The notes beneath the pieces are model-generated. The model was not told the origin of the DNA, did no database searches, and saw only the letters and a program-made list of their open reading frames with translations. Made by a program: the position numbers and the translations under genes. This document shows positions 28,915 through 38,842 of a DNA stretch of 64,000 bases, in pieces; position 1 is the first letter of the stretch; every line of letters begins with the position of its first letter. This DNA comes from an uncultured Candidatus Saccharibacteria bacterium (lineage in GTDB: Bacteria; Patescibacteriota; Minisyncoccia; Sungbacterales; HO2-52-23), in the NCBI GenBank assembly GCA_964585475.1, contig CAZPDF010000001.1, positions 81,337 to 145,336 of the forward strand. The letters run 5' to 3'.

Positions 28915-29646
28915 ATGCTTCGTAAAATTATAACCTTTTTTCTTATACGTCCGTTTCATTTCTTCTTATCCCGGCCGTGGGTGAGATATTCGTTGGTTGG
29001 CGCCCTATATCATAACTCTTTGAGTCCGCGAGACAAGATGCTTTATATTGCCATGCACTACGCTTGGGCATCTAAATTGACGGGAGATTATTTTGAGTTT
29101 GGAGTGTATAAAGGTTCAAACATGATAGCGGCTTTCCACATTTCTAAACGCTACTTGCCAAACCTTAATTTTTACGCTTTTGATTCGTTTGAGGGCTTGC
29201 CGGAGCCGAAGGAAGATAAAGATGGGTTTCGTCCCTTTGAGAAAGGGCAATTTTCCTGCAGCAAGGAGCATTTTCTTGCTAACTTAAAGAGAAAGGAAGT
29301 GGACATGTCGCGCGTGCATACGATCGCCGGGTGGTACAAAGATACCCTGAATGAACAAACTCGCGCTTCGCTTCCTGCAAAGTCGGCCGCGATTGTATAT
29401 ATAGACTGCGATTTATACGAATCGGCGCTAAGTGTCCTTGATTTTATTGTTCCTTACCTTGAGGACGGTTCGCTCATTCTTTTTGACGAGTGGTTCGCGT
29501 ATCGTGGTGATCCTGCTAAAGGGGAGCAGAAAGCGTTTCGCGAATGGCTAGGGGGGGGGCGCAACCCGCAGATTTCGGCAACCGAATACCAAAAATTCGG
29601 CTGGAGCGGAAATTCGTTTATTATTCACGTTAGGAATAAGTCATGA
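28915..29646 (+). CDS. TylF/MycF-family sugar O-methyltransferase
   Basis: GDYFEFGVYKG, FDSFEGLP, IDCDLYES, LFDEW. Confidence 0.9.
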   Translation: MLRKIITFFLIRPFHFFLSRPWVRYSLVGALYHNSLSPRDKMLYIAMHYAWASKLTGDYFEFGVYKGSNMIAAFHISKRYLPNLNFYAFDSFEGLPEPKEDKDGFRPFEKGQFSCSKEHFLANLKRKEVDMSRVHTIAGWYKDTLNEQTRASLPAKSAAIVYIDCDLYESALSVLDFIVPYLEDGSLILFDEWFAYRGDPAKGEQKAFREWLGGGRNPQISATEYQKFGWSGNSFIIHVRNKS

Positions 29647-29647
29647 T

Positions 29648-30433
29648 ATGACTTTAGACTTTTATAGAAAAATTAGACATGTTCCAGCCGGTATTCTTGC
29701 AAAATTCTTTGAAAGACAGGCGGAAATGACGCTCCGAAAAAATCGTCCTTTGTGGGGTTTACTGCAGGATTATCTTAAAAATTCGCCCTCAACCGGATGC
29801 GCCTATTCTGATTATCTTCTTCTCTATAATTACATCAGAAACAGAAAGCCCAAGGAAGTTCTTGAGTGCGGTACGGGGGTTTCCACAGTTGTTATTGCGT
29901 ATGCGCTGAAAGAGAACGAACGGGATTATGGGATTAAGGGCAGGGTTACTTCAATGGAAGAATCGCCTAATTATTACAATGTAGCGCTAAAGCTGTTTCC
30001 AGAGAGAGAGAGCCTTAAAAGCTATGCAGAGATAGTATTGAGTCCGGTGATGGAAGATACTTATCATTTCTTTCGCGGCATACGTTATAAAGATGTTCCT
30101 TTGCGGCCATATGATTTTGTATTTGTGGATGGCCCTGATTATTTGTGCGATCCAAAAGGCGAGATAATTTTATTCAATTTTGATTTTGTGGATATAGTTA
30201 GAAAATCAGAAAAACCCGTAGGGGCCCTGATAGATACCAGAACCACCACCTGTTTTGTGTACTCACTGCTTTTTGGAGATGAGTTTAGATATGACTATGT
30301 GCGAAAAGTGGGAATCGTGGAGCCGGTTACGAAAAACGATCTCGCGCCGGTCCAAAAAATTGTCGCAAGGTCAATGAGGGCGCATTCATTCAAAAGGCCG
30401 CCTTTCCTGAATTTCATACGAGGAACTTATTGA
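29648..30433 (+). CDS. Class I SAM methyltransferase-like protein
   Basis: VLECGTGVST, DFVFVDGP. Confidence 0.75.
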   Translation: MTLDFYRKIRHVPAGILAKFFERQAEMTLRKNRPLWGLLQDYLKNSPSTGCAYSDYLLLYNYIRNRKPKEVLECGTGVSTVVIAYALKENERDYGIKGRVTSMEESPNYYNVALKLFPERESLKSYAEIVLSPVMEDTYHFFRGIRYKDVPLRPYDFVFVDGPDYLCDPKGEIILFNFDFVDIVRKSEKPVGALIDTRTTTCFVYSLLFGDEFRYDYVRKVGIVEPVTKNDLAPVQKIVARSMRAHSFKRPPFLNFIRGTY

Positions 30434-30441
30434 ATACAGGT

Positions 30442-31905
30442 ATGAAAACAATTTTTATTACTATTGATGATCCGGCGGCACTAAAGAACATTTTCGGCAC
30501 CAAAGCATGGCCCGAGGTTTTGCGATCTTCCGCGGATGCCAAACTCGTGCTTTTGACGAGGCCTAGCAAAAAGGAAGCACACGAGAAGTTCTTTGTTGCG
30601 CCGAACATCGTGGTTGAAGCGCTTGATCCTGCGTTTGATTCTCTTATGTCGGGCGTAATTGCGTCTCTGGCCCGCAGCGGGATTAGAACCCATACCAATC
30701 TTTGGTCTAAAATGCGCTCTTACGAACGGGGTGATTCTGGGTTTTTGGTGACAATGTTCAAGCGGGCATATACTTTTCTTTTGGGCGGATCGTCTCTCAA
30801 TAAGAGGTTTTTGCGTCGTATCTTTCTGGGGCTTGCGCCGGCCAAAGCGACGGCCGCACTCTTTGAAAAATATCAGCCCTCGCTTCTTTTTGCGACCTCG
30901 CTCACCAACATTGATTTTGACGTGCCTATCGCGGTTGAGGCGAAAAGGCGCGGCATACGGATCGTCGGCATGGTGCGAAGCTGGGATAATTTTTCGAGCC
31001 ACGGGCTCACTCGTGTAATCCCGGATCGGTTGATCTTGCAAAATAAGTTTTTAAAAGATATGGCCGAGCGGCACCAGGCTATCACCGAAAAAGACGTGCC
31101 GATCGATATCGTTGGTTTGCCGCACTATGACATGTATGTCGGTTTTGAAAAAATGCTTGAAAGCAGAGAATCATTTTTCCAAAGGATGGGGCTCGACCCT
31201 TCAAAAAAACTGATTCTTTACGGGGCAATGGGGGATTTTCTTTTTCCGAATGAGGGGGGAATGGCCGACGTGCTTGAGGAACTGATTGACCCCGTTAGAA
31301 GTCAGACGCCAAAGGCATCTGCTTATTCCCAAGGGAATCAGACTTCTAACGGGGTTGAATCGCGGGCTATTCAAGAGCCAGCCCAAGTTCTTTTCCGCGC
31401 CCACCCAAAATTCAATAGTCCCCTTGAAAGGATGAAAGGAATGAAACATGTTAAGCCGGACAAAGACGTGTCCAATAGTACGGGCGATTTCATGAAGCAT
31501 CTTATAAATTCCATTTACCATAGTGATATTGTTGTTGCTGGCGCATCTACGATCGTGATTGATTCTATAATGTTGGCAAAACCCGTGATTTGCGTTGGTT
31601 TCGATGGCCTTGAAAAAAAGGTTCCCTATTGGACTTCGGTAAAGCGTTTTTATGACTGCTACACGCATTTTGAAGCGTTAATGGAAACAGGCAATATACC
31701 GCTTGCGAATACCAAAGCAGAATTGGCGCGTTTAATAGATGAGGCCCTCCGGCAGAAATCCTACGACCAAGAGCCGCGCCAAAAAGTGATTGATCTTTTC
31801 GTGGCGCCATTTGATGGACATTCAAGCGAGCGGCTCGCCCAAATCTTAGTCAAAGAATTTACTAGTATACGAGATGGACAGCGGATTCAACCAAAAATTC
31901 ATTGA
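30442..31905 (+). CDS. GT-B protein of the CDP-glycerol:glycerophosphotransferase-like family; possible nonulosonate transferase
   Basis: SWDN, G.PHYD, FRAHP, ST..IDS, DG.SSER; lies upstream of flippase and neuAB. Confidence 0.6.
   Translation: MKTIFITIDDPAALKNIFGTKAWPEVLRSSADAKLVLLTRPSKKEAHEKFFVAPNIVVEALDPAFDSLMSGVIASLARSGIRTHTNLWSKMRSYERGDSGFLVTMFKRAYTFLLGGSSLNKRFLRRIFLGLAPAKATAALFEKYQPSLLFATSLTNIDFDVPIAVEAKRRGIRIVGMVRSWDNFSSHGLTRVIPDRLILQNKFLKDMAERHQAITEKDVPIDIVGLPHYDMYVGFEKMLESRESFFQRMGLDPSKKLILYGAMGDFLFPNEGGMADVLEELIDPVRSQTPKASAYSQGNQTSNGVESRAIQEPAQVLFRAHPKFNSPLERMKGMKHVKPDKDVSNSTGDFMKHLINSIYHSDIVVAGASTIVIDSIMLAKPVICVGFDGLEKKVPYWTSVKRFYDCYTHFEALMETGNIPLANTKAELARLIDEALRQKSYDQEPRQKVIDLFVAPFDGHSSERLAQILVKEFTSIRDGQRIQPKIH
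31290..31354. mobile_element. Family A element, TTGA duplication, in-frame +23 aa
   Basis: Perfect 14-bp IR; TTGA at 31286-89 and 31355-58; 65+4=69 nt. Confidence 0.95.
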
Positions 31906-33238
31906 AGGCGGCGTATGGCTTACGTTAAGCTCTTTTTTGATACGAGCAGTCGGCTTCTTTTCCGTATTCATTGTGTTGTCCAATACCGAGGTAAAAGATT
32001 ACGGACTCTACAAGCTTGTTCTTGCCGCTTTTGCTTTTCTTACCGGATTTTTTTTCAGCGGATTTGATAATCTTGTCATCAGTGATCTTGCGCGCGAGCG
32101 GGGTGAGGGAAGAATGGATCGGGTAAAGCGGCTGTTCCTCGAATACAGCGGAGTTAAGCTCCTGATCGGCGCGATCCTTTTTCTTGCGGCTTTTTTTGGA
32201 GCTCCACTGCTCGGACGCTTCGTGGATCCGGAGGTCATGCAATTTCTGCCCCTTGTATCAATTCTTTTTATTTTTTATGCCCTGGAGCGGCCGCTCAATT
32301 ATCTCTTTAATACGTATCTTAAATTCAAATACCTTGCGTTATACACTCTTGTCGAAGAGATAGGAAAGTTAGGTCTTATTCTCATATTCGTATTTTTTTT
32401 GGAGATGGGGGCCAAGGGGATTATCATTGCCGACGTATTTTCATCCGGCATTGCTTTTGTGGCGCTTCTTCCGGTGGGCGTGATCTTATTAAAAGACCTC
32501 CTGCGTTATGAAATAAGCGTCGAGAAAATGCTTTTGCCCATTATCCGGCTTCACGGAAAATGGGGAATTGCCACGCGTTATCTCGACGAAATTAAAAAAT
32601 CTATCCGGCCGTGGCTGATTAAATATTTTGTCGGAATAGAGGCCGTCGGCTTATATTCCATGGCCGAGGGCATCTATGGCCAGATAACGAATCTTTTCCC
32701 GCTGTCCAATATTCTCCTGCCCCTTCTCCCGGGCGAGATTGGTAATCATAAGAAAATTCGCGAAATACTGGTATTGGGGCTTAAATTCGGCACCCCGTTT
32801 TTTATTCTGCTGGGGGCGTCCGCGAGCGTAGCCGTAACTATACTCGTGCATCTCTTGTTTCCGAATTATATCCCGGCTTTGACCATTTTTTATATCATGC
32901 TGGGACACCTTCTCATAGCCGCGTTTGCCAATGTTCTTACCGCAATTCTTTATGCGGAGCGGCAACAGCGCGCGCAATTTGCAATAACTGCGGTTACGAT
33001 CGCTTTTATGGCAGCTACCGGAGCGTTGATGCTTTATTCTTTCGGGATTATAGGAATTGCCTTTGAATTCCTTCTGACCGCCTTTTTCTATACAGCTCTT
33101 CGAGCACGGTTTATTTTCCGCATGCGCCCGGAATTCCGCTTCTCATTGGTTGAAACTATTTTTTGGAGAAAGGCGGACCTTGATATTATCCGTCGGAGTG
33201 TTAAAATTGCTTTATACAATTTTACTAAAATCATATAG
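31874..33238 (+). CDS. Wzx-like oligosaccharide flippase
   Basis: Many TM segments; DYGLY and AVGLYSMA motifs. Confidence 0.85.
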   Translation: MDSGFNQKFIEGGVWLTLSSFLIRAVGFFSVFIVLSNTEVKDYGLYKLVLAAFAFLTGFFFSGFDNLVISDLARERGEGRMDRVKRLFLEYSGVKLLIGAILFLAAFFGAPLLGRFVDPEVMQFLPLVSILFIFYALERPLNYLFNTYLKFKYLALYTLVEEIGKLGLILIFVFFLEMGAKGIIIADVFSSGIAFVALLPVGVILLKDLLRYEISVEKMLLPIIRLHGKWGIATRYLDEIKKSIRPWLIKYFVGIEAVGLYSMAEGIYGQITNLFPLSNILLPLLPGEIGNHKKIREILVLGLKFGTPFFILLGASASVAVTILVHLLFPNYIPALTIFYIMLGHLLIAAFANVLTAILYAERQQRAQFAITAVTIAFMAATGALMLYSFGIIGIAFEFLLTAFFYTALRARFIFRMRPEFRFSLVETIFWRKADLDIIRRSVKIALYNFTKII

Positions 33239-33241
33239 ATT

Positions 33242-33643
33242 ATGTATAAGGTAACAGTTGAGCAAGCGATTGTAGAAGCGTTTCGTTCCGTACCTACCGG
33301 GAATAAAAAATCGGTGATTCTTTCCGGGTCCAAGGAGGGTCCATATTCGGTCATGGCCGTAGTGGTGGACAATGTTTTATCAAAGGCAGAAGTGCATGAT
33401 GAATCCGCGGATATATGGCACGTGGTAAACGGAGAGGCGATTTTTATGATCGGGGGAGAAGTGGAAAATCCAACTCTTCATAAATCCAAAGAATGGGTGG
33501 CCGATTCAATTCGCGGCGGAATTGAATACCCGGTTAAGCCCGGCGATGTGATTGATATTCCTCCTGGCACTCCGCACCAGATTGATGCGCGCGGCAGAAG
33601 GGCAGAATTTATAATTGTTAAAGTCGATAATATTAAGTCATAG
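33242..33643 (+). CDS. Cupin domain protein
   Basis: AEVHD..ADIW.V..G, PGDVIDIPPGTPHQ. Confidence 0.75.
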   Translation: MYKVTVEQAIVEAFRSVPTGNKKSVILSGSKEGPYSVMAVVVDNVLSKAEVHDESADIWHVVNGEAIFMIGGEVENPTLHKSKEWVADSIRGGIEYPVKPGDVIDIPPGTPHQIDARGRRAEFIIVKVDNIKS

Positions 33644-33645
33644 TC

Positions 33646-34368
33646 ATGATTCAAAACTATAACGTATTCGCATTGATTCTTGCACGGGGTGGATCAAAGC
33701 GCGTACCGCGTAAAAACATAAAAGAGCTTGCGGGTAAGCCCTTGATTGCATATTCTATCGAGCAGGCCAAGGCCTCGCGTTACCCTGATCGTTTCATAGT
33801 ATCAACCGACGATGAGGAGATTGCGAAAGTGGCGCGAGAGTATGGCGCGGAAGTCCCTTTTATGCGGCCGGCAGAACTGGCCGGAGATGCGGTGACGGAT
33901 TTTCCGGTATTTGTGCATGCGCTTGAATGGCTCCGTGATAATGAAGGGTACCGGCCGGATATTGTCGTGCAGCTCCGGCCAACTCATCCCTTGCGAAAGC
34001 CTGAAGACATTGATCGCGCCATTGAACTTCTGGCTTCACATCCCGAAGCGGATTCGGTGCGTACCGTGAAAGAACCGGACCAGACGCCATATAAAATGTA
34101 TAAAATTGATAAACAAGGATTTCTTGAGCCGTTACTTCCAATTAAGGGCATACCGGAATCGTTTAACCTTCCGCGCCAGAAACTTCCTAAAGCGTACGAG
34201 CATGTCGGGGTAGCGGATGTTATGTGGTACAAGACCCTAATGGAGAAAAATCAGATGACCGGATCAAAAATAATCCCACTTGTGCTTGAGAATTATCCCT
34301 ATAGCGGAATCAATACTCTTGAAGATTGGGAACGTTATGAATATTGGCTAGGGAAGCACGCGATATGA
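33646..34368 (+). CDS. neuA: Acylneuraminate cytidylyltransferase
   Basis: ILARGGSKRVPRKNI, VSTDD, RPAELA.D, L.PT.PLR. Confidence 0.92.
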   Translation: MIQNYNVFALILARGGSKRVPRKNIKELAGKPLIAYSIEQAKASRYPDRFIVSTDDEEIAKVAREYGAEVPFMRPAELAGDAVTDFPVFVHALEWLRDNEGYRPDIVVQLRPTHPLRKPEDIDRAIELLASHPEADSVRTVKEPDQTPYKMYKIDKQGFLEPLLPIKGIPESFNLPRQKLPKAYEHVGVADVMWYKTLMEKNQMTGSKIIPLVLENYPYSGINTLEDWERYEYWLGKHAI

Positions 34369-34979
34369 TAATTTATCTTGTTCGTCACGCCGAATACGTG
34401 CCGGTCCAGGGAGGAAGTCATTTGGATAATGAAAAAGCTCCGCTGTCTTCTTTGGGGAAGAAACAGGCGTTTGCGCTCGGACGGAAGCTTAAGCGGTACA
34501 AAATCGACAAAATTTATTCAAGCGTTCTTGCCCGCGCCAAGGAAACGGCATCTTTTATCGTATCTTCCACCGGCGTGCCGGTTGTTTATGATGAGCGCCT
34601 GAATGAGCAGATAATCTCCCTTCATTCAACCGATCGGTCCGCCATAAAAAAAATGAAGCGAAGGGTGAGGGAGGATCATGCGTTCGCTCCACCCGATGGG
34701 GAATCATTAAATCAGGCGGCAGATCGATTTATCCGTGTTCTTCACGAAGTTGTTCGATCGGGCTTATCGCAGGTGGTTTTTGTGTCTCACTGCAATGTAA
34801 TTCAAAGCGCTCTTATCACGCTTTTTTCGCTAAATGAGATTCCAAAGATTGATGAGGCCTCCGTCACCGCGTTTTCTTACGAGAGCGGGAAATTTTCTAC
34901 TCTCTTCGTCAATAAAAAGACATTTTCCTTACCCGTTATTTTTAGGAAAATAAGGCGGAAATTAGGGCTTCGGGAGTAA
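34365..34979 (+). CDS. Histidine phosphatase family protein
   Basis: LVRHAE, SS.L.RA.ETA, L.E, GES, VSH. Confidence 0.88.
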   Translation: MIIYLVRHAEYVPVQGGSHLDNEKAPLSSLGKKQAFALGRKLKRYKIDKIYSSVLARAKETASFIVSSTGVPVVYDERLNEQIISLHSTDRSAIKKMKRRVREDHAFAPPDGESLNQAADRFIRVLHEVVRSGLSQVVFVSHCNVIQSALITLFSLNEIPKIDEASVTAFSYESGKFSTLFVNKKTFSLPVIFRKIRRKLGLRE

Positions 34980-35017
34980 AACTTTTTTCTCTTCAAACCA
35001 GTTTTAAATAGTGTAAC

Positions 35018-36109
35018 ATGCATATAAAAGAAAAGCTTAAAAGGATTCTTAACGGCTTGCCCTCAAGAGTTAAGATCGGAAAGCGCTTTGTCGGGCCGCA
35101 CGAGCCCATATTTGTGATTGCGGAAGTTGGCATAAACCATAATGGCGATGTTGCCACCGCAAAAAAACTTATTGACGCGGCTAAAGAAGCTGGCGCCGAT
35201 GCGGTTAAGTTCCAGAAGCGGACCACCGAGGAAATTCTTACTAAAGAGGGTCTGGAAAAACCGTATACTTCTCCGCATGCGTTTGCTCCGACTTACGGAG
35301 AGCATAGAAAGAAGCTGGAATTTTCGGAAGATCAGTATCAGGAACTGACAGCTTACGCAGAGTCGCGTAGCATCCAGTTTTTTGCAAGCGTGTGGGACCA
35401 GAAAAGCGCGGATTTTATGGGTGCGCTCAATGTGGATGCATATAAAATTCCGTCCGCGGATGTAATCAATACGCCGCTGCTTGAGTACGTCGCAAAAAAG
35501 CAAAGGCCGGTTCTTCTTTCGACCGGCATGTCCACTTTTGATGAGATTGAGGAAGCGGTGGACGCGGTCCTAAAACATAACGAGCGCCTGATTATTTTCC
35601 ATTGCCTTTCGCTTTATCCTTCGCCGGAGGATAAAATAAATCTTGATTTCATGGACGTGCTTCGCGAAAGATTTAAACCTCTGCCCGTGGGTTACTCTGG
35701 GCATGAGACGGATCTTTTACCCACGATTGCCGCTGTCTCTCGCGGCGCATGTATTGTCGAGAGGCATCTTACTCTTGATAAAAAAATGAAGGGATCGGAC
35801 CATGCGGCATCCCTTGAGCCGCAGGAGCTGAAGGAACTTGTTACCTCTGTAAGGCGGATTGAGAAAATCCGGGGGATGCCGGAGAAGATAATGTATAGCG
35901 AACTGATTCCGCTTCGCGAGAAACTTGCTAAAAGCGTTGTGGCAAAAACCCTGATCCCGGCGGGGATGGTCATAACTTACGAGATGCTTGCTGTAAAAGG
36001 CCCCGGGAGCGGCATTAAGCCGAGTTTGATGCAAAATCTCGTCGGGCGAGCGGCAAAACGCGATATCGCCGCGGATACGCATCTTCCGCAGGATGCCCTC
36101 AATTGGTGA
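35018..36109 (+). CDS. neuB: N-acetylneuraminate synthase family protein with a C-terminal SAF domain
   Basis: IAEVGINHNG, AVKFQ, KIPS, LSTGM, GYSGHE, ERHLTLD. Confidence 0.93.
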   Translation: MHIKEKLKRILNGLPSRVKIGKRFVGPHEPIFVIAEVGINHNGDVATAKKLIDAAKEAGADAVKFQKRTTEEILTKEGLEKPYTSPHAFAPTYGEHRKKLEFSEDQYQELTAYAESRSIQFFASVWDQKSADFMGALNVDAYKIPSADVINTPLLEYVAKKQRPVLLSTGMSTFDEIEEAVDAVLKHNERLIIFHCLSLYPSPEDKINLDFMDVLRERFKPLPVGYSGHETDLLPTIAAVSRGACIVERHLTLDKKMKGSDHAASLEPQELKELVTSVRRIEKIRGMPEKIMYSELIPLREKLAKSVVAKTLIPAGMVITYEMLAVKGPGSGIKPSLMQNLVGRAAKRDIAADTHLPQDALNW

Positions 36110-36124
36110 AGTCCCCCAAAGACG

Positions 36125-36262
36125 AAATTTAATAAAAGGGGGCGATGCCCCTTTTGTGATTCGTCTATTTTGACTTGTCCCATTAGAAACGGAGTTTCTA
36201 ATGGGATTGCCAGCGATGCCCCACGCTTTCTTCAAGACGTTTGGTGACGTGTGCGGCGGCTT
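36125..36262 (-). pseudogene. Diverged duplicate of the radical SAM 3' end plus its terminator
   Basis: HVTKRLEESVGHRWQS vs HVRKRLEESTGHRWQS; hairpin and TTTTGTGATT repeated at 37258-37286. Confidence 0.85.
36178..36206. repeat. Minimal family A-like hairpin
   Basis: TCCCATTAGAAAC-gga-GTTTCTAATGGGA; absent from the intact copy near 37300. Confidence 0.75.
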
Positions 36263-36317
36263 GATCGCTACCGCCAAATTGTTTGATTTTGTTTCTTAGT
36301 TCTGGTAATATCATAAT

Positions 36318-36515
36318 ATGGCGATTGATTGGACCAAAATTTACGAAAAATATAAGGGTCTCTGGGTTGCGCTTCTTGATGATGAAAAGACGGTCGTAGG
36401 AAGCGGCAGGACGGCCAAAGTAGCATGGGAAGAGGCCCAAAAAAAAGGGTACAAAAAGCCCATCCTTACTCGTATGCCAGAAAGGTTGGTCACGTACGTA
36501 GGTTTTGGATTATGA
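36318..36515 (+). CDS. DUF5678-like small protein
   Basis: KYKGLWVAL...VVGSG.T...A...A..KG...P pattern. Confidence 0.75.
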   Translation: MAIDWTKIYEKYKGLWVALLDDEKTVVGSGRTAKVAWEEAQKKGYKKPILTRMPERLVTYVGFGL

Positions 36516-36907
36516 GATTTCAATACAAGAAATACGGCCCGGGCGTTTTACGTCCGGTGATACCTGTTGAAATATCATATAAAGGCCGCTCCGTTCCCTA
36601 CGAGGTGCTTGTAGATTCCGGAGCGGATTTTTGTATTTTTGATGCAGAGATAGGCGAGCTTCTTGGTATCAATATTGCAGACGGTGAACCGCAAACAGTT
36701 GGCGGGATCACCGGGGCCCTAGAAACTTATTATGTACACATGGTTACTTTGAAGGTCGGCGGATGGCCGCATCCTGTAAAAGTTGGTTTTCTTCCAAATA
36801 TTGCCCGTCTCGGTTATGGCGTAGTGGGACAAAGGGGCTTTTTTGATATTTTTGTCGTGAAGTTTGATCTGCTCAAAGAGGAGATTGAGCTTAAAGAGAG
36901 AAAGTAA
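36512..36907 (+). CDS. Retropepsin-like (clan AA) aspartyl protease
   Basis: RPVIPV, LVDSGAD, GVVGQRGFF; ATGA overlap with the DUF5678 gene. Confidence 0.85.
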   Translation: MRFQYKKYGPGVLRPVIPVEISYKGRSVPYEVLVDSGADFCIFDAEIGELLGINIADGEPQTVGGITGALETYYVHMVTLKVGGWPHPVKVGFLPNIARLGYGVVGQRGFFDIFVVKFDLLKEEIELKERK

Positions 36908-36923
36908 GAATAACCTGAATACC

Positions 36924-37136
36924 ATGAGAGATAAAACAACTCTTCAGCTTGTTAAACAGTTTAAAATTGATATTCAGAAAGGATTTGGAAAAAGGGTTTG
37001 TAAAGAGCTTCACCTTGAATGTGCAAATTGTAAAGCACAGGTTTTGATAGGGCATCTAAACTGGTATATTGATCTTCTGGACTGGAGCATTACTCAAGAG
37101 AAAAAGAAGAGGCAGCCCCAAAAGAAGAGAAGTTAA
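36924..37136 (+). CDS. Small hypothetical protein with a C-x6-CxxC motif
   Basis: 70-aa ORF following the protease. Confidence 0.55.
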   Translation: MRDKTTLQLVKQFKIDIQKGFGKRVCKELHLECANCKAQVLIGHLNWYIDLLDWSITQEKKKRQPQKKRS

Positions 37137-37297
37137 ATAGGTCCCTCTACCAAGGTCTTTCATTATGGACATGGGATGGGCACCTGAAATCTCTTGCTTT
37201 CTTGGCTTTTTACTAACTGATACCCAGGAGACCAACTTCTCGGCTATTGGAGAATTTAAAAAAGGGGCATCGCCCCTTTTGTGATTCTTAATGGAAT

Positions 37298-38842
37298 TTA
37301 TTTGGATTGCCAGCGGTGACCCGTGCTTTCTTCCAGACGTTTCCTGACGTGTTCCGGTGGATTAACCGTCTCCCAAAACCAGTCGCGGATTTCCACAATC
37401 ATTTCTTTCGGCACGGTGGTATTTATCATAACTCCGTTTTTCCAGTTCATGATATCGGGGTCGAAATCAGACGGTAAATGTTTTCCTTTACAATCTGGGC
37501 AATCGAGCGCCATGTCATGTAGCTGACTTCCGGGAAAAGGAATGGGTATGAAAGGTGTGACGTACGCTGCACCCGCATCAATCAGTTTTCGTGCGAGTTC
37601 AACCGACATCATAATTTCCTTGAAGCTTTCATGTGGGAATCCGATCATCATATTGACCGGGCAGATGATGCCGATTTCTTTGGCGATGCGGGTGAGTTTC
37701 AACACGTCATGCTTCTCGAGCGTGAGTTTAGCGGTCGCGTATTTATCAAGAATCCTCTGTGATCCGGATTCTACCGGAAAGACAATCTGTCGAAACTTAG
37801 AATCATAGAAAAGCTGCAAATACTCGCGGTCCGGCTCAAGCGTTCCCGCTTTGGTCTTCTGGAATATGTGGACTAGATTCACGCCATTTACATCCGCAAT
37901 AGTAAAGTCAAAATCTCGCACCAGGGTGAAGATTTCTTTAGTCCGTGGTTTCTTGGCAAGCAAACTGTCGTCTTCGACAAGGACCATTTTTACGCCTAGT
38001 CTGCGAAGTTCTTCGAATTCAGCGATTACTCGGGAAACTGATTTCAAGCGAAGTTCGCCAATATCACCCGAAAGCTCACCCCTGCCGAAACGCTCTTTTG
38101 AAATGTGGCAGTAGGTGCATTGGAAAGGGCATCCGCGCGAGGTCATTATAGGCGCATAGCGGTATTGATTCCCTGTGAGGTTCACGCCGTGCGGGGAGGC
38201 AATGCGTTCGTACTTATCAAAAGGAAGTTTGTCCCAGGCAGGCATCGGCAAATCATCAAGGTTGGTGTAGGTGGTATCCGGTTTGGCCCGCGAGATTAGC
38301 GGTTTACCCGCGCGGAAATAAATGGTTCCGTCGATGTTCTCATAGGATGACCCTTGCATGAAGCGCCTGGCGATTTCTTGCATCGGTTTCTCGCCTTCGG
38401 TAGTGCAGACAAGATCGAAAGACCCGTTCTTCATGAAGCGCGGCCAGAGATTTCTCGCGTTTACTCCGCCGGTCACGACCAAAGTTTCCGGATTCACGCG
38501 CTTGGCGATCTCCGCCACCCTGAATGCCATATTGGTCTGCGGCGTGAAATTGGAGTTGATGCCCACGATATCGTAATTTTTCTTCGCCAGAAATTCTTCA
38601 ATTCGTTCCCACGACATTCCGATTCTCGTAAGACCATTTGGCTGCATAACCGAATTGTAGAATGTATTCTCAAGCGTATCCTCGGGCGTACCAACCGTTG
38701 CGTCCACTATATCCGAGTCAATTCCTATTTGGCGCAAGGCCCCGGCAAGATAGAGCGGCCCGAGCGAGCCGTCAGGGCGAGGCGTCTCAATAGGCATTAA
38801 CTGATTTGGAGGGTAGATGAAAAGAACCTTCGGCTCGCGCAT
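37298..38842 (-). CDS. B12-binding radical SAM protein
   Basis: N-terminal cobalamin-binding-like domain; TSRGCPFQCTYC; ESGSQRIL; MIGFP.E. Confidence 0.92.
   Translation of the reverse strand: MREPKVLFIYPPNQLMPIETPRPDGSLGPLYLAGALRQIGIDSDIVDATVGTPEDTLENTFYNSVMQPNGLTRIGMSWERIEEFLAKKNYDIVGINSNFTPQTNMAFRVAEIAKRVNPETLVVTGGVNARNLWPRFMKNGSFDLVCTTEGEKPMQEIARRFMQGSSYENIDGTIYFRAGKPLISRAKPDTTYTNLDDLPMPAWDKLPFDKYERIASPHGVNLTGNQYRYAPIMTSRGCPFQCTYCHISKERFGRGELSGDIGELRLKSVSRVIAEFEELRRLGVKMVLVEDDSLLAKKPRTKEIFTLVRDFDFTIADVNGVNLVHIFQKTKAGTLEPDREYLQLFYDSKFRQIVFPVESGSQRILDKYATAKLTLEKHDVLKLTRIAKEIGIICPVNMMIGFPHESFKEIMMSVELARKLIDAGAAYVTPFIPIPFPGSQLHDMALDCPDCKGKHLPSDFDPDIMNWKNGVMINTTVPKEMIVEIRDWFWETVNPPEHVRKRLEESTGHRWQSK

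Noticed and set aside
35717-36440. Minus-strand ORFs 35717..36277 and 36198..36440 as genes
   Set aside because: They are antisense to neuB or DUF5678; only the duplicated radical SAM tail in them is meaningful
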